A stretch of 64,000 nt of DNA from Eubacterium sp. (GCA_045539215.1 JAZQEX010000067.1:7232-71231), one strand, 5' to 3'. Positions 8,510 to 18,657 are shown, counted from the stretch's first letter. The notes: generated from the sequence alone by a model not told the origin. Numbers and translations: made by a program.

Positions 8510-10096
8510 CTACAGATACAGATCCAGTACAGAAGAGATGATCTCCTCCTGTTCTTCGATATCATTGGTCGCCTTCGATATGACACATTCAATGCAGTTC
8601 TCGCGGAAATTGCTGTATCCGTCGAGCTTAACAGCCAGCACCCACATTTCCAGTTCGGACAGGGAAATGCTGCCATCCGTCATGCCTCTTGCGTAACAGA
8701 AGTCGCGAACCTTACGCCATACCTGGTAACATTTTTCCAGTACACCCTGATTATGAACACCGGTATTGAGCTCGAGACGTGCCATGGTTTTCTCCTTTGG
8801 CAGGTCATAACTGTCAATGATAAAAGACATACGGCGGATAACGGATGCATCGATCGGCCGGCAGGAGTTATAGCCTACGTTATCGGTATATACGACCAGG
8901 GCACGCTTATGGCGTCTGGTATAGGAGCCGTCAACGAGCGGGATCATCGCACCCGCACGGTCGTATTCATTTAAACCAACCAGCACACCGCTGTCTTTGA
9001 TACGGGAAATCTCCTGCACCTCAACGATGTAGCCTTTTTCGAGCGCTTTAACATAGTTCGATTCCACATGCATAAAGCGCGGCACATCCGCTTTACCTTC
9101 TGTCTTTGTATTCGGCACAAAATCACTTAAGAAATCCTGCGTTTCCATATTGCTGTTGCAGGTCACCCGCAGCAGCGGCATATTTAAAATACATGCCATG
9201 ATTTCGACGCCCGTGGATTTTCCATACGCGGTAATGCCGCGCCACATAAAATTGACCATCGGACGGCGCTCGCCTCTGGATGCCACATAACGGCGCGCCA
9301 TCTTCAATGTCTCATCCGGCACCAGGAAGTCATCTTCAAATACCGGGATGAACTGTGCCTCCTCATCTGTCCACTGATTCTCTGCCGCAAATGCCGTAAA
9401 CTCCTCTTTTGCCTCTGCAACCGTCATTCCTGTAGCAGTCTGTTTCTCACTCGGGTCTTCTGCCAGGACCGATGGGCATCCGCAGAGCACACGGTTTGAA
9501 CGCAGTCCGCCCGTTTGGATCGCCTGCGGATCCAGGAATGCGATGGCGTTGTTTTTCATATCCGTTTCCAGACGTTTTTCCGTAAAAATACGGGAAACCA
9601 CATCAGAGAGTTTATACAGATCGCCGACCGCAAACTCTCTTAAATTCTGACTGTCCTCTTCCATGTGATCGAGGATCTGTCCAACCTCTTCAAACTGCTC
9701 CCGAAGCATCGGGAAGAATCCCAAAAGGACCGGCATCGTATCGATCGGTTCTTCTGCATCAAACGGGGGCAATGCCACAAATGATCCATCATCTTTTCGC
9801 AAAGCTGCGCGGACTCTGCCGTTCGTATGAATGTTTGCGATCAGGATCCCCTGATCACAGACGGCTTCCGTCGCATAACTCGTTTCACTCACTTTCACCA
9901 ACGCTGCTCTTGCCTTTACCCCGGAAAAATATTCCAGTGCCGCACGGATGATGATCCCGTTTGCCTCCGCCAGGCGCTGTCCTTCATTAAACACTGACAT
10001 GTATTCTTTATTGATCGTCCTCGGCTCCATATTGCAATATGGCTCCGGAAGTAAAGAAAGATCCGCATATTTTGAATATAAAAATCCTGATCGCAT
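8510..10096 (-). CDS. MoxR/CbbQ-like AAA+ ATPase
   Basis: P-loop GITAYGKST, Walker B-like IVEVQE, TDNVGY, ASVIRR; adjacent to a vWA gene. Confidence 0.85.
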   Translation of the reverse strand: MRSGFLYSKYADLSLLPEPYCNMEPRTINKEYMSVFNEGQRLAEANGIIIRAALEYFSGVKARAALVKVSETSYATEAVCDQGILIANIHTNGRVRAALRKDDGSFVALPPFDAEEPIDTMPVLLGFFPMLREQFEEVGQILDHMEEDSQNLREFAVGDLYKLSDVVSRIFTEKRLETDMKNNAIAFLDPQAIQTGGLRSNRVLCGCPSVLAEDPSEKQTATGMTVAEAKEEFTAFAAENQWTDEEAQFIPVFEDDFLVPDETLKMARRYVASRGERRPMVNFMWRGITAYGKSTGVEIMACILNMPLLRVTCNSNMETQDFLSDFVPNTKTEGKADVPRFMHVESNYVKALEKGYIVEVQEISRIKDSGVLVGLNEYDRAGAMIPLVDGSYTRRHKRALVVYTDNVGYNSCRPIDASVIRRMSFIIDSYDLPKEKTMARLELNTGVHNQGVLEKCYQVWRKVRDFCYARGMTDGSISLSELEMWVLAVKLDGYSNFRENCIECVISKATNDIEEQEEIISSVLDLYL

Positions 10097-10160
10097 GTTT
10101 GATTCCCCCGTTATGGTTGTTATACTTGTCTTACTTGTATCAGTTGCGTCTAACCGCGCA

Positions 10161-10253
10161 AGAAAAAGGAAGCCGTGGCCCGCTTTGATAGTTTCTTCTA
10201 ACCAAAGTTATCCACGGCTTCCTTATTATATAATTCTTATTTCACTTCGTCAA
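10161..10253 (-). promoter_or_regulatory. Promoter followed by leader terminator hairpin
   Basis: TTGACG-17-TATAAT (10253-10225); 13-bp perfect arms 10166-10178/10212-10224 and a U-tract. Confidence 0.7.
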
Positions 10254-10306
10254 CCGATTTTCCGGCGTACTGCGGTATATACTACAGTGTTCGCGTTTCC
10301 GGCGTC

Positions 10307-11725
10307 CTACAGTGTGTAGCAAACCTTGCCCGGATTTAAGAGCATCTTCGGATCACATGCTTTTTTGATCGCAACCATCAGATCCATCTGCTCTTTGCCA
10401 AGATACTCTTCCAGACGGTCGATCCGGCAGTTACCAATACCGTGCTCACCACTGACTGCTCCTTCGAGCTCTCTGCCTTTTGCATAGATCTTATCGAAGC
10501 AGGTCTTGCAGACTGCTTCAAACTCTTCCTGACTCATATCGTTTACACACAAGCTGACATGTACATTTCCGTCTCCTGCATGTCCTGTCAGGCGGATCGC
10601 AACACCGGTCTCATCCTGCAGAGAATTACAGTAATTGATCAGTTCTGCCAGACGGCTGATCGGCACAACAACATCACACTCATCTGTCAGTTCGAACTGC
10701 TCAAGAATTGCTTCCAGTGCGGAACCACGTACCAGCCAAGCATTTGCCAGTGCGGTCGGTGTATCATATACCATAACGTCCAGTGCACCGTTTTCAATAA
10801 ACAGCTCTGCTGCTGTCTCTAAAAGCGCATCGACTTCGTCGTCACTGAACACTTCAAAATTAACCAGCAGATATGCGCCGACTTCCTCACCATCGATTTT
10901 GTCCGGATATACTTTTTTATCCAGGAACTTCTCAGTTGAAGCGACATTATCACGATCCATGAATTCCAGCGCCTGCGGATTTAAGTTTGCCAGTTTTACC
11001 TTGCTGACACATGCAATACAGGTCTCAACATCTGTAAACGGTGCCAGGAAGCTGATTGTCCCGGTCGGATTCGGTGCGATTCGCATGGAAAGCTCTGTGA
11101 TGATACCAAGTGTTCCCTCAGAGCCGCACATCAGGTTCATCAGGCTGTAGCCGGAGCAGTTCTTGCTTACCTCAGCACCAAACCGCATGATGTCACCATT
11201 CGGCATAACAACTGTCATCGCCAGCACCCAGTCTCTGGTGCAGCCGTATTTACATGCACGCATACCACCTGCATTTGTTGCAACGTTTCCGCCAAGAGTC
11301 GCAAACTTTTCGCCCGGATCCGGCGGATACAGCATGCCCTGATCCTGGCAAGCCTTCTGTACATCATCGATCAGCGCACCTGCCTGTGCACGGATCACAA
11401 GATTATCGAGATCAACCTCATGGATCTGGTTCATCTTCTGCAGGTCGATCACAACACCGCCTGAAGTCGGTACGCATCCACCGGAAAGACCGGTTCCTGC
11501 GCCACGCGGTACGATCGGCACTTCATATTCATAGCAAAGCTTGCAAACTGCGGACACTTCCTCTGTGGTCTTTACAGATACAACTGCATCCGGCATAAAA
11601 TGACCGTGTACGTCATATTCATCATGCGTAAAATCATCGCTGATGTCTTCCCCAAGATATACTCTTCCCGGGACGGCAGCTTTTAATTTTTCAAGCATCT
11701 CCTCTGTAGGTTTGTTGAATCCCAT
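10307..11725 (-). CDS. FAD-linked oxidoreductase, GlcD/LctD (D-lactate/glycolate dehydrogenase) family
   Basis: PRGAGTGLSGG, PPDP, GGNVATNAGG, GSEGTLG, GHAGDGNVH, SGEHGIG, LNPGK. Confidence 0.92.
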   Translation of the reverse strand: MGFNKPTEEMLEKLKAAVPGRVYLGEDISDDFTHDEYDVHGHFMPDAVVSVKTTEEVSAVCKLCYEYEVPIVPRGAGTGLSGGCVPTSGGVVIDLQKMNQIHEVDLDNLVIRAQAGALIDDVQKACQDQGMLYPPDPGEKFATLGGNVATNAGGMRACKYGCTRDWVLAMTVVMPNGDIMRFGAEVSKNCSGYSLMNLMCGSEGTLGIITELSMRIAPNPTGTISFLAPFTDVETCIACVSKVKLANLNPQALEFMDRDNVASTEKFLDKKVYPDKIDGEEVGAYLLVNFEVFSDDEVDALLETAAELFIENGALDVMVYDTPTALANAWLVRGSALEAILEQFELTDECDVVVPISRLAELINYCNSLQDETGVAIRLTGHAGDGNVHVSLCVNDMSQEEFEAVCKTCFDKIYAKGRELEGAVSGEHGIGNCRIDRLEEYLGKEQMDLMVAIKKACDPKMLLNPGKVCYTL

Positions 11726-11944
11726 ATTCTCGTCCTTTCTCTGCCGGTTTCGGCAGATTCCTCCTGATACTCCTATAAATGACAAAAACTACTGTACTTA
11801 TCATATATCATGCACGATTAATATGCAACTGATCATCAGCATTAAAGGTCTATTCTCTATACAAAAACTATATTTACAATACAGTTTCACATGTTACAAT
11901 GGCTTACAGTAAAGTTATTCACTACTATACAAGGATTTCGGAAT

Positions 11945-12332
11945 ATGATTAATAACATCTGGCTCCCCCAGAAAAATTTAGAAGACTTTTGCAAAATCTA
12001 TGCCGGTCTGACAGGCAGTACGATGGAGGATCATATGTCCTTTACGACATGGAAGACGCCCGGCTTCTTTTATCGTCGCAATTTCATCAAACAGGATCCA
12101 TCAGAGAACATCTCTGACAGATGATTATCCCGGCGTTGCCGAAGTCGCTGTCGCCCCGAAATACCGCAGGAGAAAAATCGCTACCAAACTGATCAAACGC
12201 ATCCTGCAGATGGTCCATGAATATGAAAAACCCGGTGCCACACTACAGGCATCGCCTTATGGACGTCCTGTCTATGCGTCACTGGGTTTTAAGCAGGTAA
12301 GTGAGGTTCACAGCATCATATTGCGGCAGTGA
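11945..12332 (+). pseudogene. Disrupted GNAT acetyltransferase
   Basis: Frame 12120-12332 reads VAVAPKYRRRKIATKL...LQASPYGRPVYASLGF (GNAT motifs) with no start upstream of the motifs; the ORF from ATG 11945 stops at 12124 in another frame. Confidence 0.75.
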
Positions 12333-12351
12333 TCTTTATACCCGTCATGAT

Positions 12352-12390
12352 AAAAAATACGGCAGTAACTTTCGTTACGGCCGTATTTTT
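12352..12390. terminator. Bidirectional terminator
   Basis: AAAAATACGGC...GCCGTATTTTT. Confidence 0.75.
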
Positions 12391-12401
12391 ATTTCGAGTG
12401 T

Positions 12402-13274
12402 TTACTTTTTCAGGAATTCTATCACTTCGTCGAGCATGCGCTCGCCTTCTTCTCTGCCGATCTCATAGACGAATCGCAGCTTATCGGGATCATGTTCTGT
12501 CTTTCCGACTTCGAGCTTGCACGGCGGATAGATCACAAGCGTATTACCAAGCTCTGCCTGTTCCTCTACATACGCAATCTGTCTGTTATATGCTTCCGCT
12601 CTGGTCTGCAGTCTCTTCGCTACCATCGGATACTTTCTGAGCGCAATCGGGATCAATGGAGAGGCCTTGCTCTTTTTCTTTACATATCCCTTCGGCTGTG
12701 TAAGAATGACAACATTTTTATCATATCCCTTATACTGGAAGTATTTCAACGGGATCGAATCCGAGATACCGCCGTCTAACAGGCGGCGTCCACCGATCTC
12801 AACCGGTTCCGAAAAGATCGGCATGGAAGCAGATGCGCGGATCCATTCCAGATCTTCGTATTTTCCGTCTTTGCATTTGTGATAAACCGCCTTACCGGTA
12901 TCCACATCCGTGCAGACACAGTAGAAATCCATCGGATTGCTCTCGAATGTCTCTACATCAAAATAATCCAATTCTGTCGGCAGTCTGTGATAACAGAATT
13001 CCGCGCCGTAATAATCTCCGGTCAAAAGCAAAGACCGCATACTGCCAAATCGCGGATCCTTCGCAAACCGCTCATTATACCGGATCACACGTCCGATCTG
13101 CCATGACTTGTAATTGCAGCCAAAGCTTGCACCCGCGGACACACCGATCGCTCCGTCATAATGAATATCATGCTCCATCATGACATCGATCACACCACCT
13201 GTAAACATGCCGCGCATTGCGCCGCCTTCCATAATCAATCCTGTTTTCACTGCTGCTCCTTCAATCTCTTTCAC
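12402..13274 (-). CDS. Patatin-like phospholipase
   Basis: GGAMRG, GVSAG, DGG motifs. Confidence 0.92.
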   Translation of the reverse strand: MKEIEGAAVKTGLIMEGGAMRGMFTGGVIDVMMEHDIHYDGAIGVSAGASFGCNYKSWQIGRVIRYNERFAKDPRFGSMRSLLLTGDYYGAEFCYHRLPTELDYFDVETFESNPMDFYCVCTDVDTGKAVYHKCKDGKYEDLEWIRASASMPIFSEPVEIGGRRLLDGGISDSIPLKYFQYKGYDKNVVILTQPKGYVKKKSKASPLIPIALRKYPMVAKRLQTRAEAYNRQIAYVEEQAELGNTLVIYPPCKLEVGKTEHDPDKLRFVYEIGREEGERMLDEVIEFLKK

Positions 13275-13325
13275 TCTTGTTGTTCATCAGGCCCCTTGTA
13301 GGTCCGTTTCCAAATCTCTCGTTAC

Positions 13326-13967
13326 CTACGCATCCCCGTTCTGATGTCCGTGAATCCGCTCTTCGAGGTCGATCCGCTCCAGAATCGCATCAATCGCGCC
13401 ATCGATACCCAGTTCTACCAGATTCAAATACAGATCATAGCTTGCCGGGTGACCCCACTGGCGCTTTCTCGTATTTCTGTTGTAATATGTCGCACGCTGC
13501 TTATCTGTTTTTCTGATCAGACGCCTTGCCTTCGGATCCGTCAGGCCGTAGCGCTTCATCGCGATCTTAACCCGCTCATTAAAATCTGCATAGAAAAAGA
13601 CTCTGAGCAGATGCGGTTCATCACGCAGAATATAATCTGCGCACCGTCCTACGATCACACAATTTCTCTTTTTTGCATAATTCATGATGACTTCCGTCTG
13701 TGCATTGACCACTCTCGCAGCATCTGTCAAAAGCACGGTCGGATCATCCTCATCCATATACCAGTGCGGCGGAATGTCCAGATATCCCTCTGGTTTTTCG
13801 TCATTCTTTTCCACCATCTCACGGCTGACTTCCATTACTTCTGCAGTCTCATCAACCAGCACCTTGTCAAGGTAGCGGTAGTTCAGCCGATTCGCAAGTT
13901 CCTTTGCCGCGTCTGCGCCGCCGGTACAGAATTCACGTCCTACTGTGATAATCCAATCATATTTCAT
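13326..13967 (-). CDS. Cytidylate kinase-like family protein
   Basis: ITVGREFCTGG, CVIVGRCADYIL, YDLYLN. Confidence 0.88.
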   Translation of the reverse strand: MKYDWIITVGREFCTGGADAAKELANRLNYRYLDKVLVDETAEVMEVSREMVEKNDEKPEGYLDIPPHWYMDEDDPTVLLTDAARVVNAQTEVIMNYAKKRNCVIVGRCADYILRDEPHLLRVFFYADFNERVKIAMKRYGLTDPKARRLIRKTDKQRATYYNRNTRKRQWGHPASYDLYLNLVELGIDGAIDAILERIDLEERIHGHQNGDA

Positions 13968-14111
13968 GGCCTTCTCCTCCGCTTTTATATATGCATTTAT
14001 AGTTACTTATATTTTACACTTTTTTACGGCGAAAAGGAAGAAAGATTGCTATCTGGTTCCAATTTGATGTATAGTATTCAGATAGCTTAAAACAGAAAGG
14101 AAGCGATTCAG

Positions 14112-15488
14112 TTGGCAAAACGCCAGAAATCCCGGCAGATTGACATGCTGCACGGACCATTACTCAAGAAAATACTACTGTTTGCCCTACCGCTTGCTGC
14201 GACTAGTCTCTTACAACAGCTGTTTAATACTGCCGACCAGGCGATCGTAGGTCGGTTTGCCGGAAGCGCGGCGCTTGCCGCAGTCGGCAGCAACTCTTCT
14301 TTGATCACGTTAATGATCAATCTTTTTGTCGGAATCTCCATCGGGTCGAATGTTGTCATTGCCCGTATGATCGGAGAAGGAAGACGAAAAGGCATTCCGG
14401 GTGCCGTACATACCGCGATGACACTGGCCCTGATCTGTGGCGCCGCCCTGCTTGTGATCGGGAATGTGTTTGCAAAACCAATCCTCATCCTGATGGGCGC
14501 TCCGGAAGACGTGATCGATCTGGCAAGCCTGTATCTGCGCATCTACTTTTTGGGCATGCCGTTTTTCATGATCTATAACTTTGGCGCATCCATACTGCGA
14601 AGCGTCGGTGATACCAGACGACCGCTATACTGCCTGATGTTTTCCGGTGTGGTCAATGTGGGGCTGAACCTGTTATTTGTCATTGTTTTCCAAATGAGCG
14701 TTGCAGGTGTTGCACTCGCCACTCTGATCTCAAACGGGATCAGTGCATCGATGGTACTCTACTTCCTGACACACGAAGAAAGTGAGATCCGGCTTTCCTT
14801 AAAAAACCTGCGGATCGACAGACCGTGTATGAAACAGATTTTAAGAATCGGTGTACCGACCGGTCTGCAAGGCGTGGTATTCTCCATTTCCAATATCGTG
14901 ATCCAAAGCGGAATCAACAGCTTCGGCTCTGCTGTCATGGCCGGATTTTCTGCCGCGGTAAGCTTTGATATCTTCAGCTTCTTTTTGATCAACGCATTCT
15001 GTCAGGCTTCTGTGACCTTTACCAGTCAGAACTTCGGTGCCGGCAATATTGAGCGATGCAAGAAGATTTTCAGGATCTGTCTTAGCATGGGCATCCTAAG
15101 TTCGGCAGCCCTGGTTGCCGTGATCATGCTCGGAAGAAACTTTTTCGTCGGACTGTATTCGACGGATGAACTGGTGATCTCTTACGCAATCTACCGCATG
15201 GTCAGAGCGTTTTCGGTCCATTACATCAGCGGCACCTTTGAGATCACCGGATCGACGATGCGCGGAATGGGTTACTCTATCCTGCCGACCGTGATCACTC
15301 TACTCGGCTCTTGCGTATTCCGTCTGGTTTGGATGTTTACGGTCTTCCGTGTCCACCATACTTACGCAATGCTCGTCTATATCTATCCGATCTCCTGGGC
15401 CGTTACAGGCGCAGCGATGCTGATCATATATTTCCTGCTCAGGAAACGGGTATTTGCAAAAATGCAGTTGTCAGAAAGCGCCGCATAA
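14112..15488 (+). CDS. MATE family efflux transporter
   Basis: FALPL..LQQLFNTAD, RSVGDTRRPL, many TM segments; TTG start. Confidence 0.92.
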   Translation: MAKRQKSRQIDMLHGPLLKKILLFALPLAATSLLQQLFNTADQAIVGRFAGSAALAAVGSNSSLITLMINLFVGISIGSNVVIARMIGEGRRKGIPGAVHTAMTLALICGAALLVIGNVFAKPILILMGAPEDVIDLASLYLRIYFLGMPFFMIYNFGASILRSVGDTRRPLYCLMFSGVVNVGLNLLFVIVFQMSVAGVALATLISNGISASMVLYFLTHEESEIRLSLKNLRIDRPCMKQILRIGVPTGLQGVVFSISNIVIQSGINSFGSAVMAGFSAAVSFDIFSFFLINAFCQASVTFTSQNFGAGNIERCKKIFRICLSMGILSSAALVAVIMLGRNFFVGLYSTDELVISYAIYRMVRAFSVHYISGTFEITGSTMRGMGYSILPTVITLLGSCVFRLVWMFTVFRVHHTYAMLVYIYPISWAVTGAAMLIIYFLLRKRVFAKMQLSESAA

Positions 15489-15541
15489 GATAAATTACTG
15501 GTTAGAGGATCCTTTTATCAGGGGCAACAAGGAGTGATAAA

Positions 15542-16735
15542 ATGCAATACAGAACAAATAAAAACGGCGTCGAATGGTCTGTTTTGGGATACGGCTGCAT
15601 GCGGTTTACCAAAAACGGAACTTCCATCGACTTAGACAAGGCTGAAAAAGAACTCATGGAGGCCTTTCGAGGCGGCGTCAATTATTATGATACCGCATAC
15701 GTATATCAGGGCAGCGAAGAGGCACTGGGAAAAATTGTCGAAAAAAACGGCATCCGCGAACAGATCCAGATTGCCACAAAGCTCCCGCACTATCTGTTAA
15801 AAGACAGAAAAAAAGCGGAGGACATGTTCCAGACACAGCTGACTCGCCTTCGCACAGACTATATCGATAACTATCTGCTCCACATGCTGACCGATGTCGA
15901 CACCTGGAAGCGACTGGAGCAAAATGGCGTAAAAGACTTCCTTGAGGAAATGAAAGCGGCCGGCAAGATCCGCAACATCGGTTTTTCCTTCCACGGAAAC
16001 ACCGACGCATTCCTTAAGATTCTGGATGCCTATGACTGGGACTTCTGCCAGATCCAATACAACTACATCGATGAAATCTCACAGGCCGGCCGGGTCGGAT
16101 TAGAGGAAGCATATCGCAGAGGCATCCCTGTGGTCATCATGGAGCCATTGCGCGGCGGAAAGCTTGCGGATGTTCCACAAGAAGCAAAGCAGCTGATCTC
16201 GGAATTCGACAAGGCACATAACCTGTCAGGCACATATACCGCGGCCAAAATGGGGCTTCGCTGGCTCTATGACCAGCCCGGTGTAACCGTCGTTTTGTCC
16301 GGTATGAATTCCCTGGAAATGGTTCAGGAAAATATAAAGACAGCAAGCGAGGCACCTGCAGGCACCTTTACCGATGAAGAACGCGCACTTCTTGATCAGG
16401 TCAAAACGATCATCCAGAAAAACACGCGCGTCGGCTGCACCGGATGCAGATATTGCATGCCATGTCCTGCCGGCATTGATATCCCTGCAACATTTTTCAG
16501 CTGGAATACAGCAGCCAGCGAAGGAAAACGAACTGCACGGGCCGAATATTTACGAACAAGCGCAATGGCGACCAACACGGTCCCGCCAAGCAAATGTTTA
16601 AACTGTGGCAAATGTGAAAAGATCTGTCCACAGCACCTGCCGATCCGCAAACTCTTAAAAGAAGCCGATCAGGAGCTTCGCCCGTTTTATCTACGGGCAG
16701 TAGAGCCACTGATCAAGAAGCTGATGCGACGGTAA
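15542..16735 (+). CDS. Aldo/keto reductase with C-terminal 4Fe-4S domain
   Basis: LGYGCMR, YDTAYVY, ATKLP, MEPLRGG, CTGCRYCMPCP and CLNCGKCEKICP. Confidence 0.92.
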   Translation: MQYRTNKNGVEWSVLGYGCMRFTKNGTSIDLDKAEKELMEAFRGGVNYYDTAYVYQGSEEALGKIVEKNGIREQIQIATKLPHYLLKDRKKAEDMFQTQLTRLRTDYIDNYLLHMLTDVDTWKRLEQNGVKDFLEEMKAAGKIRNIGFSFHGNTDAFLKILDAYDWDFCQIQYNYIDEISQAGRVGLEEAYRRGIPVVIMEPLRGGKLADVPQEAKQLISEFDKAHNLSGTYTAAKMGLRWLYDQPGVTVVLSGMNSLEMVQENIKTASEAPAGTFTDEERALLDQVKTIIQKNTRVGCTGCRYCMPCPAGIDIPATFFSWNTAASEGKRTARAEYLRTSAMATNTVPPSKCLNCGKCEKICPQHLPIRKLLKEADQELRPFYLRAVEPLIKKLMRR

Positions 16736-16770
16736 TCGCAATCCGTTTTAATATTTTCTATTATCGAAAC

Positions 16771-16819
16771 AAAAAAGGGAGAACGCAACAAAACAAAAAA
16801 TGTTGCGTTTCTCCCTTTT
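16771..16819. terminator. Bidirectional terminator
   Basis: AAAAGGGAGAACGCAACA/TGTTGCGTTTCTCCCTTTT between convergent genes. Confidence 0.75.
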
Positions 16820-16874
16820 CTTGTTTCTTAAATATCCGTCAATCTTGTCGGATTGCTTATGCTTATGCCTGCAG

Positions 16875-18089
16875 TTACTGCTTCGGACGTCTGATCGCAA
16901 CGGATACGATTGCGCCGAGTACTACTGCACCGATCATCATAAAGATACAGCTCATGTAAGAACCGCTGTTGTCATAAAGCTTACCTGCGATGGTAGATGC
17001 AAAGGATGCGATCAGCAGGTTTGTGTTGATCAGTGAGAAGTTCATCGCGTAATTCTTTCGGCCGAAGAAGTCGCTGATGATAGCAGAGTTGGTCGGTGTA
17101 ACACCACCGTATGCGAAACCGCCTACAACGAAGCCAAGGATGATCAGCGGGAATGCGCCACTCTTAAGTGCCATGATCAGGATCGCGCCTGCGATAACAA
17201 ATACGATCATATCCAGTGTGATGGTCAGACGGAATCCGAACTTATCAAACAGTCCACCGAAGATTACACGTCCGATACCGTTTAAGATCGAGATCAGACC
17301 TACAACAGTAGCAACGGTTCCCGGTGAGATCGTGGTACCAACCTGTGTTGCGATACCGCTTGCCTGAGATACCAGTACAAGACCTGCAGCAGAAACAAGG
17401 ATTGCCCAGATATAGTACATCCAGAAAGTAGGACGTCTTACCATCTGTCCGAGATTCAGCTCGGTAGCCGGTTCTCTGACAACCTTCTGCTTTTTCGGAG
17501 CCGGCGGTGCAAAATCAGCACCCGGCCTGGTAAAGAACAGGCTGCAGATAATGAATACCACGCAGATCACAATACCAAGGATACGGAATGCGCCTCTCCA
17601 AGCGTCATCTCCTGGAGGTGCAACAGCGGCAAATACTTTACCGATGATAAATGCACTCAGGCCGAATCCCATCAGCAGGATACCGGAGATCAGACCCTGT
17701 TTGTCCGGGAACCATGCGGAAATGGTACCCATGACTGTAGTATATGCAAGACCTGCACCAAGACCAGCGATCACACCAAATCCAAGATACAGCAGAACCG
17801 GTGTTGCGCCGGTAGCGCCTGTGATCAAAAATCCGATCAGGAACAGTACACCTGCACAAATAATAAATACTTTCGGACTAAGTTTCTTTGACAGCATACC
17901 ACCGATCATTGCGCCAATGCAGAAGAATGCCATAACCAATGTAAAGGTCAGTGACAACTGGCTCTGGCTCCAGTCCGGATAGGTTGCACCGATGCTCTTT
18001 GCCATAACAGACCATGCATAAACCAGCCCGGCAAGAAGCATAACGATTACACCAATGATCGCGTACACCCAGCGATTTAAGCTTTTCAT
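16875..18089 (-). CDS. MFS transporter, oxalate:formate antiporter (OFA)-like
   Basis: GLVYAWSV, WFPDKQGLISG, NGIGR, DFFGRKNY. Confidence 0.88.
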   Translation of the reverse strand: MKSLNRWVYAIIGVIVMLLAGLVYAWSVMAKSIGATYPDWSQSQLSLTFTLVMAFFCIGAMIGGMLSKKLSPKVFIICAGVLFLIGFLITGATGATPVLLYLGFGVIAGLGAGLAYTTVMGTISAWFPDKQGLISGILLMGFGLSAFIIGKVFAAVAPPGDDAWRGAFRILGIVICVVFIICSLFFTRPGADFAPPAPKKQKVVREPATELNLGQMVRRPTFWMYYIWAILVSAAGLVLVSQASGIATQVGTTISPGTVATVVGLISILNGIGRVIFGGLFDKFGFRLTITLDMIVFVIAGAILIMALKSGAFPLIILGFVVGGFAYGGVTPTNSAIISDFFGRKNYAMNFSLINTNLLIASFASTIAGKLYDNSGSYMSCIFMMIGAVVLGAIVSVAIRRPKQ

Positions 18090-18182
18090 AGAAAATCCCC
18101 CTTAAACTGACATTTTGCATCATATAAAATAAATGCTAACCTATTATAGATGCTTTTTCCAATTGTTTCAACATTATAGCAT

Positions 18183-18242
18183 AAAAAAAGAAGGGATTAA
18201 TTGTTCAATCGCACAAAGTTGATTGCAAATCCCTTCTTTTTT
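18183..18242 (-). terminator. Terminator after dfx
   Basis: AAAAAAGAAGGGATT/AATCCCTTCTTTTTT. Confidence 0.65.
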
Positions 18243-18282
18243 ATGTATGAAGTAACAAGCTTGATTTCTCAGAATGCAGCTA

Positions 18283-18657
18283 TTACGGGGTTCCCTTCCA
18301 GAATCCGTGTAAATTGCAGTACTCGTACGCTGCTACAACCTCATCGCCCTCGCAGATCATGAATTCTGCCTTTGGAGCTTCACCCGGATTTAAAACCTTA
18401 CGCTGTCTGCCCTGTTTGGTCTCGAGCACGATGAAAGTAATGTAGTGCTCTTCCATCATCGGATGATCAACAGATCCTACCGTAACCGTAACCTTCTGTC
18501 CCTCAATCGCGATCACCGGAACATGTTTTTCCTGTGCGGCATCTGTCGTATTCGGAACGAGCTCAGTCATTTTTTCTCCGCAGCAAACGACCGGCGCGCC
18601 GGACTCATGTACCATGGCAATGATATTACCACATTTTTCGCATCTGAATAATTTCAT
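18283..18657 (-). CDS. dfx: Desulfoferrodoxin (superoxide reductase)
   Basis: CEKCGN...CCG, EKHVP, HPM..EHYI, CNLHG. Confidence 0.95.
   Translation of the reverse strand: MKLFRCEKCGNIIAMVHESGAPVVCCGEKMTELVPNTTDAAQEKHVPVIAIEGQKVTVTVGSVDHPMMEEHYITFIVLETKQGRQRKVLNPGEAPKAEFMICEGDEVVAAYEYCNLHGFWKGTP

Noticed and set aside
5728-8974. Long plus-strand ORFs 5728-7077 (449 aa) and 8027-8974 (315 aa)
   Set aside because: Antisense shadows of well-supported genes, with no motifs or RBS.
12122-12124. TGA as selenocysteine or readthrough in the GNAT remnant
   Set aside because: The GNAT motifs lie in a different frame, so readthrough would not join the two parts.
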